Below are positions 1 through 9,561 of a stretch of DNA of 64,000 nt, piece by piece. A program made the translations under genes and the position numbers. How positions within the stretch are numbered: position 1 is the stretch's first letter; the number at the start of each line of letters is the position of its first letter. Origin of the DNA: Sedimentisphaerales bacterium. Lineage in GTDB: Bacteria > Planctomycetota > Phycisphaerae > Sedimentisphaerales > Anaerobacaceae. The notes under the pieces are model-generated. The model ran no database searches. It saw nothing but the letters and a program-made list of their open reading frames with translations, and was not told where the DNA came from. The stretch spans positions 736,001 to 800,000 of the forward strand of contig OY970194.1 in assembly GCA_963708075.1 (NCBI GenBank), in the 5' to 3' direction.

Positions 1-449
1 TGGTCCAGTTGGTATCGGATCAGCAGGAAGGCGACGCCGAGCATGATCGCCGGCCGCAGCAGGTTGCGAGTGAGCCGGCTGAGCGGACAGGGCCGCCCCA
101 TCTGCACGAACGTCTCGACCAGGAGCCCTTCGACAAGCCTTACAAGGGCGTAAACGCCCCAGAACGACAGCCACGCTTGATGGTACTTCGTCCAAGTCCG
201 CGACTGGTCCATGCGATCGAGCCAGTAGATCAGCGGAAGGGAAAGCACCAGCACCAGCAGGGAGAACGCCACATAGTTCAGCACCGCGCCGATGAACTGG
301 CGGCCGGAGCGATGTCCCGGCTCGACGCCGTCACAGGAGGCGTAGCGCCGACGCAGCGGGATCGTCAACAGATAGGCAATAAACAGCACTCCCAACGCCA
401 GGGCGACGTTCTGGATGTGGGGCAGTATCGGTTCAAGCCGGTCCAGCAT
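1..449 (-). CDS. Membrane protein, N-terminal part only (runs off the window edge); probably MscS-family mechanosensitive channel
   Basis: Not in the ORF track because it lacks a stop. ATG at 449 with GAGG RBS just after the MBL gene. Translation MLDRLEPILPHIQNVALALGVLFIAYLLTIPL...AWLSFWGVYALVRLVEGLL...LTRNLLRPAIMLGVAFLLIRYQLD shows about 4 hydrophobic helices resembling the region before the MscS TM core. The core itself lies outside the window. Confidence 0.55.
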   Translation of the reverse strand, partial: MLDRLEPILPHIQNVALALGVLFIAYLLTIPLRRRYASCDGVEPGHRSGRQFIGAVLNYVAFSLLVLVLSLPLIYWLDRMDQSRTWTKYHQAWLSFWGVYALVRLVEGLLVETFVQMGRPCPLSRLTRNLLRPAIMLGVAFLLIRYQLD

Positions 450-458
450 GATTGTTCC

Positions 459-1301
459 TCAGCCACCTATCTCTAACCATTGTCCAGCCCGCGCAAGCAT
501 GCTACCGGGCGAGCGTTTCTTCACCTGCTGTTCCAGGGTGTGCAATGCCTTGTCGTCCGCATTCGGGTCATGATGGCCAAGGAGCACTCGCTTCACACCC
601 GTGGACTCGGCAATGTCTATGCCATCCTCCCAGGAGCTGTGCCCCCAGCCGGCAAACGCTTTCACATTGGCCCGGGGAATGTGCGCATCGATGGCGAGCA
701 CATCGGCCGGCTGCGGCTGGCGGCACATCGTCATGAATGCCTCCTCCTGCTCGCTCGTCCGATTCTGCCATTCGAGATCCGTGGCGAACACGAACGAGTT
801 GCCGGCGCTCGTATCATCGATGCGATAGGCCATACAGCCGCCGGGATGCGGGACCGAACAGCCTCGCACGCGCAACTGTCCAGCCTGGATTCCACCCGTT
901 GCGAACTCGGCAAATTCGAGTCGTGCGCTCATCCGCTCCACGGGCAGCGGCCAGTAGGGCGGCGAAAGCAACCGCGTCACGGCGTCACGCACGCCGCCAT
1001 CGGCAAAAGTCGGTCCGAGGAGCCTGAACGACCAGCCCGGCTGGTAGAACAGGGGATTCATCGTCAGCCCCACCATGTGATCGAGATGGTAATGCGAGAA
1101 CAGTACAGTCACCTCGCCCGGCCCCGCATCGGCCAGTTGCCTGGCCACGGCGTGCATGCCGGTCCCGGCGTCGAGCACGAGTCGCTCGCCATGAGACCCG
1201 ACGAGAAGCAGGGAGGTCGTGTCACCGCCATATTCCGCGAAGGCGGCCCCCGTGACCGGCCGGCTCCCGCGCATCCCGCCAATGAAGAGTCGCAAGTTCA
1301 T
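459..1301 (-). CDS. MBL-fold metallohydrolase (RNase Z/cyclic-nucleotide phosphodiesterase-like)
   Basis: GMRGSRP N-terminus, LDAGTG, HxHxDH (SHYHLDH), PHPGG, ATDLE, WGHS, GHHDP motifs. ATG at 1301 overlaps the cyclase stop (ATGA). Confidence 0.88.
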   Translation of the reverse strand: MNLRLFIGGMRGSRPVTGAAFAEYGGDTTSLLLVGSHGERLVLDAGTGMHAVARQLADAGPGEVTVLFSHYHLDHMVGLTMNPLFYQPGWSFRLLGPTFADGGVRDAVTRLLSPPYWPLPVERMSARLEFAEFATGGIQAGQLRVRGCSVPHPGGCMAYRIDDTSAGNSFVFATDLEWQNRTSEQEEAFMTMCRQPQPADVLAIDAHIPRANVKAFAGWGHSSWEDGIDIAESTGVKRVLLGHHDPNADDKALHTLEQQVKKRSPGSMLARAGQWLEIGG

Positions 1302-3394
1302 TTTTCCGTCAGTCCCCATACGCCGTCCCAGGATGCCGGAGGCTGGGCACACAGCTCCGTACATCGCTTCAAATATCGCTGCGCCGCCGGATCGTCAGGC
1401 AGTCGCTCGAAAACCTCCTTCGCCCCGGCAAAATTGCCCTCGCGGAAATGAGTCAGTCCGGCGGCAAACGCGTCCCAACCGATCGGCGCAGCGTCCCCTG
1501 CGAATCCCGTCAGTTCATACACCGCCACGGCGGTCTTGCGGCCAACTACTCGCAGATCCGCCAGTTTGCGGCCGCAGAACTCGGAGGACGCCAATTGCCA
1601 GGTGTTCCCGGAAACCATAGTCTCCGTCCCGAACGCTTTGTTCGCGCCTTCCAGGCGAGAGGCGAGATTTGCCGCGTCCCCGAGAATCGTGTAATTGAAG
1701 CGTTTGCGGGAGCCCATGTTGCCCACCACGACCTGACCAGTGTTGAGCCCCACCCTCATCCGCAGCATTGCCCCGGTGCGCTGCTGGAACATCTCCCGGA
1801 GTTCAGTCAACCGCCGCTGGCAGCGCAGCGCCGCACGGCAGGCACGCACGGCATGGTCCGGCTGCTCCAGCGGCGCATTCCAGAACGCGATAATCGCGTC
1901 ACCCTCGTATTTGTCGAGCGTGCCGCCTTCCTCCAGGATAATGTCCGTCATCTCGCTAAGGTAATCATTGAGCAACGTTGTCAGCTCGACTGGGCCAAGT
2001 CGCTCGGAGAACGTGGAGAAGCCGGCGAGGTCCGTGAACATGATCGTCAGCTCGCGTTTCTCGCCGCCCAATTGCAGATGCTTTGGGTCGCGAATGATCT
2101 TCTCAATCACTTCGCCGCTCAGATAGTGCCGGAACGCCTGCTTGATGAACGCCTTCTGGCGTCCCTCGGTCCAGTAGTTGACGGCCAGAGCGCCGACCAG
2201 CCCTAGCGCCGAGCCCATTTCGTGCGCAGCGACCGGCCACCACTGTCCCTGGGCGTACGCGGCAAAGCCGACACCCATTGGTACTCCCAGCCACACGATG
2301 GAAAGCGGCCCCGCCTGCCACCATTTGCCCCCATAGGTCAGGGAGACGGCAGCGGCAATGGCCGTCGCCAGCACGCCCAGAATCACGGCGGGTGCGGGCG
2401 CCTCGGCGATGAAGGAATTCGTGAGCAGGTTGTCGACGAACGTCGTGTGCAGGACGACTCCGGGACATTTGGAGTTGACCGGGGCCGGCCGCAGATCCAG
2501 CAGACCCGGCGCGCTGCAACCGACGAAGACGTAGCAGTCCTTGAAGGTTTCGGGCGACAGGGAAGGGGTTTCGCCTTCGCTCAACCGCAGCTCGGATTGG
2601 ATGACCGCCGCGGCGGAAACTGCTTCAGGCAGACCGCCTCGACCCTTGAAACGCAGAATCGCCTGGCCGTTCCGGTCGAGAGGAATGCTTTGCCCTCCCA
2701 CCTGCAATTGCCTGCCCGACGCTGTGACAGGGGTCGATTCCGCACGCGCGGTCAACCACGCTGCCAAGCCGAGCGCCGGGATATCGACCCCGCCAAAACG
2801 ACAGAATGGCGAAATCCGCCGGAATACACCATCGGCGTCCGGTGTGCCCGCGACGTGTCCTGCGGCAGCAGCCCCGGCGGCCACCTCTTGCACCGGGAAC
2901 AGCAGATCTGCAGACTCTGCCACAGCGAGCGTGTCGATCTTTGGGTTCGGGCGCGGCATGTACTCCGGCCACGCATTCGCTCTGCCTCCCGACAAGACAG
3001 GTAGAACCGCCGGCGGACCCGCCCGCAGAGCTTGCCCCATCGCTTCGTCGTCCGGCACCCCATAGACAGACGGCTCGGTGAACAGCAGGTCCAGAGAGAG
3101 CACCCGGGCCCCACCTCGCTTGCAGAACGCCGCGATTTTCCCGTACACCTCGCGCGGCCACGGCCAGCTCAAACTGTTCTCCTGCTGCGCCCAATCCAGG
3201 CTGGCCTGGTCCAACAGGATCAGTTTGATCTCCGGCGAAGGGACCTCTCGCTGCGAGAAGAACCGGGCCCGCCACGTCCACGTCGGCGCCTCCAGGGATT
3301 CGAGCCAGCCCAGATGCCACGCGAATAACGCTGTTGCCCCGGCGACCAGGCCGATTGCCGGGCCACGTAGACACTTGCCACCGAGCTTAACCAT
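1298..3394 (-). CDS. CHASE2-domain class III adenylate cyclase
   Basis: CHASE2 (WPWPR, DLLFTEP, DADGVFRR), 3 TM helices, and a cyclase core with FTDLAGFS, DKYEGDA (ATP-specifying Lys) and YTILGDAANLASRLEG. Start placed at ATG 3394 (RBS GGGGAAG). Confidence 0.93.
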   Translation of the reverse strand: MVKLGGKCLRGPAIGLVAGATALFAWHLGWLESLEAPTWTWRARFFSQREVPSPEIKLILLDQASLDWAQQENSLSWPWPREVYGKIAAFCKRGGARVLSLDLLFTEPSVYGVPDDEAMGQALRAGPPAVLPVLSGGRANAWPEYMPRPNPKIDTLAVAESADLLFPVQEVAAGAAAAGHVAGTPDADGVFRRISPFCRFGGVDIPALGLAAWLTARAESTPVTASGRQLQVGGQSIPLDRNGQAILRFKGRGGLPEAVSAAAVIQSELRLSEGETPSLSPETFKDCYVFVGCSAPGLLDLRPAPVNSKCPGVVLHTTFVDNLLTNSFIAEAPAPAVILGVLATAIAAAVSLTYGGKWWQAGPLSIVWLGVPMGVGFAAYAQGQWWPVAAHEMGSALGLVGALAVNYWTEGRQKAFIKQAFRHYLSGEVIEKIIRDPKHLQLGGEKRELTIMFTDLAGFSTFSERLGPVELTTLLNDYLSEMTDIILEEGGTLDKYEGDAIIAFWNAPLEQPDHAVRACRAALRCQRRLTELREMFQQRTGAMLRMRVGLNTGQVVVGNMGSRKRFNYTILGDAANLASRLEGANKAFGTETMVSGNTWQLASSEFCGRKLADLRVVGRKTAVAVYELTGFAGDAAPIGWDAFAAGLTHFREGNFAGAKEVFERLPDDPAAQRYLKRCTELCAQPPASWDGVWGLTEK

Positions 3395-3436
3395 GCCGCA
3401 CTTCCCCCTGCAGGACAGACGCAAGAGTCTGCGTCT

Positions 3437-4420
3437 CTACTTGCCCGCGACGACCGGCTGTATGGCTGCAGAGAAACGTTGCTGCCGGACAGGATCGGGA
3501 ACGAATCCCGCATCCGAGATCGTCGCCCGAATCGCGTCCGCACGGCTCCTGGCCGACGGATGCGTCTTGGCGAACCCGAGGCCTCCCGCATCGGCCAGCC
3601 GCTCGTCCATGCGCTCCAGCATGGCGATCATCGCCGTTGCCGGGTAGCCGGAACGCTGAAGAAGTCCCACCGCGGCGGCATCGGCGCTGCGCTCCTGCTT
3701 GCGAGAGTAGCCGCTGGTCGTGAGGGTCGAAACCACGTCGCCCACCGACCCCTCGAATGCCTCCGTCAGACTCGCCAACTCCTGGCCGCCCATCTGCTTG
3801 GCGGACTCTGCGGCGATAATCGTGAACGCGTCAGTCAATCGGCTCTGCTTGATCGCGCTGAGTCCATGTTTCTGCTCGACATGGCAAATCTCGTGCGCCA
3901 ACACCGCCGCCAGCTCATCCTCGCTCTGGCAGCATCGCAGCATTCCGCGACTCACCAGGATCAGCCCGCCCGGCGCGGCGAATGCGTTGATTTCGTCGGA
4001 ATCGAGCAGTAGGAAATGGTAGCCGCCGAAGGTCTCGGGACGCTCGGAGAAGATGGCCAGCGACTGGCCGAGCAGATTCAGATATTCATTCGCCTGGGAC
4101 CGATCCAGCGGCGGATAGCTTTGGAGCACCTGCGCCGCCACGGCGCGCCCGACGTAGTACTCCTGTTCCGGGGTCAAGTCCTGCCACGACTTTTCCACCG
4201 CCTGGGCGCCGCGTGTGATCGACTGCGCCTCATCGGAGGAGATCACGCCGGCCGCCGCCGCAATCCCGGCTCCCGCCTCAGAAACCTCCGCACAGCCGCA
4301 GAACAGCACCCCGGCCACGGACCCCAGCAGGAGGATCGTGCAAATTCCGATGTGCAACTTTCGACCGGCTGCCGGGACAGCAAATGGCAAATCGTAAATC
4401 ATAAATCGTAAATCTCTCAT
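3437..4420 (-). CDS. M48-family zinc metallopeptidase, probable lipoprotein
   Basis: INAFAAPGG, AHEICH (HExxH), YSRKQERSAD, THPSARSR motifs. Hydrophobic signal ending LFCGC. ATG overlaps the upstream stop (ATGA). Confidence 0.9.
   Translation of the reverse strand: MRDLRFMIYDLPFAVPAAGRKLHIGICTILLLGSVAGVLFCGCAEVSEAGAGIAAAAGVISSDEAQSITRGAQAVEKSWQDLTPEQEYYVGRAVAAQVLQSYPPLDRSQANEYLNLLGQSLAIFSERPETFGGYHFLLLDSDEINAFAAPGGLILVSRGMLRCCQSEDELAAVLAHEICHVEQKHGLSAIKQSRLTDAFTIIAAESAKQMGGQELASLTEAFEGSVGDVVSTLTTSGYSRKQERSADAAAVGLLQRSGYPATAMIAMLERMDERLADAGGLGFAKTHPSARSRADAIRATISDAGFVPDPVRQQRFSAAIQPVVAGK
4381..4415. repeat. Tandem heptamer array (5 x (C/T)AAAT(C/G)N) in the 5' end of the M48 gene
   Basis: CAAATGG CAAATCG TAAATCA TAAATCG TAAATCT. 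4389-4408 is identical over 20 nt to 30888-30907. Confidence 0.85.
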
Positions 4421-4881
4421 TGGACGCCTCCCGGCAGACGGCCCTGCATCCGGAACTTCATGATCTGGTCCGCACCGGCGTTGAACGTCGCCATCCGGTC
4501 CACCCAGGTGTAATCGAGTTTTCCCTCGCTCCTGAGCTTCTTCTCTACCTGCTCGTTGAAGCCCTTGCCCGCGAGAGCGACTTCATCGGACGAGACCCCG
4601 GTGGCTGCGTCACTGGTGCCCGCGCGCATGGCGATCGGCTTTCTGGAGAGTGCCGACTCGTGGACCCAGCCGGTCTTGCCATCCGCCGTAGTCACTGGAT
4701 ACCAACCCTTTTGCGGCGTCCCGGCCTGGACCACGGCGCCGTAATCCACCATGGCTACGGTACTGCCCAGTTGTGACGGGGTCGCTCGCACCCTGCAGTT
4801 CCGCACTTGGACGCTCATCGGCCCTGCGAGTGCCGCACCAGCAGAAATCACGAGCAGCACCACAAGAACTCGGATCTTCAT
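4417..4881 (-). CDS. Secreted SH3b-domain protein
   Basis: Signal peptide, VRATPS...GWYPVTTADGKTGWVHES SH3b pattern, C-terminal EVALAGKGFNEQVE motif, GGGAGG RBS. Confidence 0.85.
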   Translation of the reverse strand: MKIRVLVVLLVISAGAALAGPMSVQVRNCRVRATPSQLGSTVAMVDYGAVVQAGTPQKGWYPVTTADGKTGWVHESALSRKPIAMRAGTSDAATGVSSDEVALAGKGFNEQVEKKLRSEGKLDYTWVDRMATFNAGADQIMKFRMQGRLPGGVQ

Positions 4882-5182
4882 GGCATCTGCCTCCCATTGA
4901 ATCGTATTCCGTTGTTACTGTCTGAAGCCAACCACGTGCACCAGACACCGCCGGACACCATAATATCTGTCGCCAGCGCGAAAGCAAGCGGTGAGATGCC
5001 GAAGCCCGGCAGGAATCCGTCAGTTCGGCCTGATCGACGACTTCTGCATTTACCGCCGCTCCACTAGGCCGTAAGGCCGATACTGGTCCTTCTTGGGACA
5101 GGTGCCGGCGGTTACCGGCTTCTGTGCCTCCGGCCTTCCCGGCACCCTGTCTACCGCCTATGGTTCCATAATATATTCATTC

Positions 5183-5211
5183 TTGACGCAGGACCGGCAA
5201 CGTAGTATACT
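5183..5211 (+). promoter_or_regulatory. Sigma-70-type promoter of the FN3 surface protein gene
   Basis: TTGACG-N17-TATACT in an AT-rich intergenic stretch. Confidence 0.7.
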
Positions 5212-5329
5212 AAATTACTTAGAGCCCGGGATTCGGCTTGGCAGCACCAGTTACCACACCACGGACTTGGTAATACAGCCTTTCAGATGCAATCTTCCCG
5301 CCGGCGCGGCAGGAAGGAGGAGGAGGAAC

Positions 5330-8300
5330 ATGACCGCATTATCGATGTGTGCAATCGTTCTGGCTTCGCTGGGCGTTGTTCCTGGAGAGAACCAATGGGT
5401 GGGGCAGTGGCGAGGTTGTGTTCCGGGCCTGGGTGAGGACCAGCGAGCATCAAGAGGTCTACCCCGTCTGTGCCGGTCAGTATACGGCCGAAGTGGTCAT
5501 CGAAGGGGTCCTTGACGATCCCGGGGACGTGCTGGAGTACGTGACCAAAGTCGACCTCTGCTACAACAGCCGGTTGAATCTGGCTGTCGGCGACTCCGTC
5601 GAAGTGAGAGGCACCTATCATAATGGCGCCTGCCCCTTCGCATTCTGCGGCCGAGTGGAAGCATTGTCTGTGGAGAAGGTGGCCGACTGGGTGCAGCCAC
5701 CGACGCCGGAGGAGCCGAACGATATCGAATCGCCTTCGGTGAGCACCGACTCCGCTGAAGCCACGGAGACTACCGTGACGTTCGTGGCGACCCTTGAGAG
5801 CGACGGCGGCCAGCCCAGCAGGGCCAGATTCGCCTACAAGACCATTGACGGTCCCTGGTGGACAACCGAGTGGCAGGAAGGTCTGACTACCGACGCGACC
5901 TTCAGCCAGAAGGTTGCCGCGTTGGCCCCGGGCACCCGCTACTACTATTACGTCGAGGCGGAGAACTCGGCGGGCTGGAGCGGCGGACGCCAGGGGATCT
6001 TCTTCACGCTTCCGGAGACAGTTCCTCCCATTCCCCACCCGGCGGTGTGGGTGTCCGGACCCGGTCAGATCGACACCACCTCCATCGCCATGGTGGCTGA
6101 TATCGAGCGTGACGTGGCGTCGCCCGAAGAGTACGCCTTCGATTTCGTCGCCAGCCCCACGGGTGGCGCCGGCGGCTCGGACTCCGTCTGGCAGTTCAGC
6201 CCGATGTACACTGACGTAGGACTGAATGCCAACCATCAGTACGGCTATCGCGTTAAAGCCAAAGACGGCCTTGGCAATGAGACCGCCTACTCCCCGGTGC
6301 GATACGAGTATACCGATATCGAGACACCCGAAGGGATCTCGTTCGGGCAGATTACGACGACCAGCATTCAGGCCAAATCAAGCAGCGCCCTATCGGGTCT
6401 GTCCCGCGGATTGTCGGGCCTGAAGCTCGAAAACACCACGTCCGGCCATGTCTCTGCCTGGCAACAGGACAACGCGTTCTGGACGAATGACGGACTGCTG
6501 CCGAACACCCAGTATGTGTTTCGGGCACAGGCCCGCAATGGCGATGGCGACCTCACCCCGTTCAGCCGGGAGGCACACGTCTATACCCTGGCCATTGCCC
6601 CTACGGCAGCTACCTTTGCGAATGTGATGACCAACCAGATCTCCGTCTTCTGGAGCTCCAACGGCAATCCTGCGGGCACACAATACTGGTGCCAGAATAC
6701 CGTCAGTAATGCGGATTCAGGCTGGACCACCGGCATGCAGTGGCTCGATACGAGCGTGTCCCCCAATGTCAAGTACACCTACCGTGTCAAGGCTCGCAAC
6801 GGGGACGGCGTGGAAACGGTATTCTCCGCCACGGCCTCGATCTACTCGGCTATCGAGTCACCCACCGGGATTGTCCTGGGGACCATCACATCGAACAGTG
6901 TCCAGATGCAGTCAAGGAACACCCCGTCCCACCTGGATCAGGGAGAATCGGGCCTGTGGTTTGAGAACATGACCACGGGTCAGACGTCCTCCTGGCGCCG
7001 GGACAATGGTTTCTGGACGAGTGATGGGCTCCTGCCCAATCGCAGCTATGCCTTGCGGGTCCGGGCCCGCAACGGCGACACGGTGCAGACCGCTTACAGT
7101 GAGACAGTTTACGTTTATACCCGCGCCAATGTGCCGGGCTCGGCCGCCTTCACCGGGATCACTCCCGTCAGTATCCAGGTCCAATGGGGGACCAACGGAA
7201 ATCCCGCGGGCACGTTGTACCTCTGTGAAAATGTGACGGCCGGCATGAATTCCGGCTGGACGACGGATCCCGCTTGGCACAACACCGGGTTGACGCCCAA
7301 CACGTCCTATACCTATCGCGTCAAGGCCCGTAATGGCGATGGTGTGGAGACTACCTGGACAAACCTGGGCATACAGTCCACGGAGTACCGCTCCTTAACG
7401 ATCAGTGCCCCTGTGGGGGGCACGGTGGGCTCACCCGGGCAGGGTGTCTTCCGGTTCGCGCCCGGCGCAACGGTCAATCTCGTCGCTACACCGGTCGGTG
7501 GATACCACTTCCTGCGTTGGACCGGAAGCGCCGTGGATGCCGGGCGAGTCGCGGACCCCAACGCGGCACAGACTACCGTCCTGGCTGATGCTCATTACAC
7601 GCTTACGGCCAACTTCCTGCGCACACGGATCTACGTGGATAAGCGGGCGACCGGCACCAAGAGTGGCTCGAGCTGGAAGAACGCATTTGTGTCCCTCCAG
7701 GATGCTCTGGATGCTGCCCAGGTGGGAAATGAGATTCGGATTGCCCAGGGCATGTACAAGCCTGACGTTGGGACAAATGTGCTTGCGGAGGATCGCATTG
7801 CCTCCTTTGAGCTCAAGAGCGGCATCGCTCTCAAGGGCGGCTACGCGGGTATAGTGTACACGGATCCGAACGCCCGAGACATCGCTGCCTATGAGACGAT
7901 TCTGAGCGGCGACCTGAAGGGTAACGACAGGGCGGTGTCGGAATCGTACGATCTCTACAGCGATATCACGCGAATCGACAACAGCTTCCACGTGGTGGTC
8001 GCCTACGACGTGGACAACACGACCGTGCTCGAAGGCGTCACCATCACGGGGGGCAACGGGATCGACGGGGCGGGCATCTGTCTGATCCGCAGTGATCCGA
8101 CTATCTCTCAATGCGTCATCGTCGCCAATCGCGCGGGCCAGCTCTCCGGCGATGGTCTGGAGGGCTGGGGCGAGGGGGCCGGAGTCTCCTGTTACCAGTC
8201 TATGCCTGTGTTTTCCAAGTGTCTGTTCCAAAAGAACTGGGCCGGTGGGCAGGGGGCAGGCGTGTTCAGCGTAGAAAGCGCCCCCATTCTGACCGGCTGC

Positions 8301-9164
8301 ACATTCCAGGGCAATGAAGCGGGCCTCCAGGGCGGTGGCATGTACGGCGAGGACAGCAACTCCGTGTGGGTCAATTGCACATTCCACGGCAACTGGTCCG
8401 GAGACGGAGGAGCCATTTGTACCACCGAAACCAGCGATTCTCGCATGACCGGTTGCCGCTTCCTCGGCAACGCGGGACGAGGCTTGGGCGGAGCCGTCTT
8501 TGATGCGGGCCGGAGTCTGGAGATCACCAACAGTGTCTTCAGCGGGAACCTGGCAACCATTGACGGCGGGGCCGTGGGCCTGGCACAGGGTGTCGGCGTG
8601 TTGACCAACTGCACGTTCAATCGCAACATCTCGGAAGGCAAGAGAACGGGACAAGCTCTGACCGTGCGCAATGCCGCGGCCTTGCTGACCAACTGCATCC
8701 TCTGGGATCACGTGGACGCCACTCAGGGACAGATCGCCCTGGCAGGCACAGCCGGGAAGATTACCGAGCTGGTTGTGTCCTACTGCGACGTGATGGCAGG
8801 TGAGACCGGGGTCATACGCAACGGAGCGGGGACGATCACGTGGGGCAAGAAGAATATCGATGCCGACCCGCAATTCCGGAACCCGCTGGGCGCCGATCGT
8901 GTCGCGGGCACGGCGGATGACGATCTGCACGTACGGCCCGGGTCGCCCTGCGTTGATGCGGGCGACAACACAGCAGTGCCTGCCGACGCCGATGACCTGA
9001 ACTCGAACGGCAATCGCCTCGAACGCGTGCCCTTCGACCTGGACGGTCAGCCTCGCTTTGTGAACCGTGCCGACACGCAGGATACCGGCGTGGCGGATGC
9101 TCCTCTCTACCCATCCGTCGTGGATCTTGGAGCGTATGAGTTGAGCACCACAGCAACCCCATGA
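5330..9164 (+). CDS. Large secreted protein with FN3 repeats, an InlB B-repeat-like domain and a parallel beta-helix (pectin-lyase/Pmp-like) C-terminus; apparent frameshift near 5400
   Basis: AGGAGGAGGAGG RBS precedes ATG 5330 and a signal-like MTALSMCAIVLASLGVVPG, which is out of frame with the 1271-aa ORF (5349-9164). Multiple LxPNTxYxYRVKARNGDG FN3 units, GYHFLRWTG, GGA-rich FxGN repeats, and a DLGAYE terminus. Confidence 0.85.
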
Positions 9165-9561
9165 TACCGGGCATGTGACGCCCGGCCTGGATGGCCGGTA
9201 TCAGTCCCGGCCATCGCCGGCCGGCATGCTACTGAGCGGAAAAAACGAAGATTTCTGCAGATTCTCATCTGTGGGAAGACGCTGCTATTGGTCGCCCTTC
9301 CTCCTGCACGAAAGGTGTCTGGTCACGCTGTTTGTTCTGTTCGGGGTTCTCATATGTGAGAGACTTTGGCCGGTCTACGGGCTTGCCTTGCTCTGCGAGA
9401 GGCGGCATTCCTTGAACGGTCCGCCGTGATTCGATAGTATGAAAGATCCAGGGTGGGGCATGAGATGGTGACCGCGCAAGAGGCGGTCCGATTTGCATAA
9501 TGGATGGAGACTCGTGTCGGTGACTTTCACGAGTCCCCATCATGCGACCGTGGAAGCATGA

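Noticed and set aside
9162..9228. Nested GC-rich inverted repeats after the FN3 gene
   Set aside because: Several alternative short stems and no U-tract; cannot be called a terminator or a repeat family from one copy.
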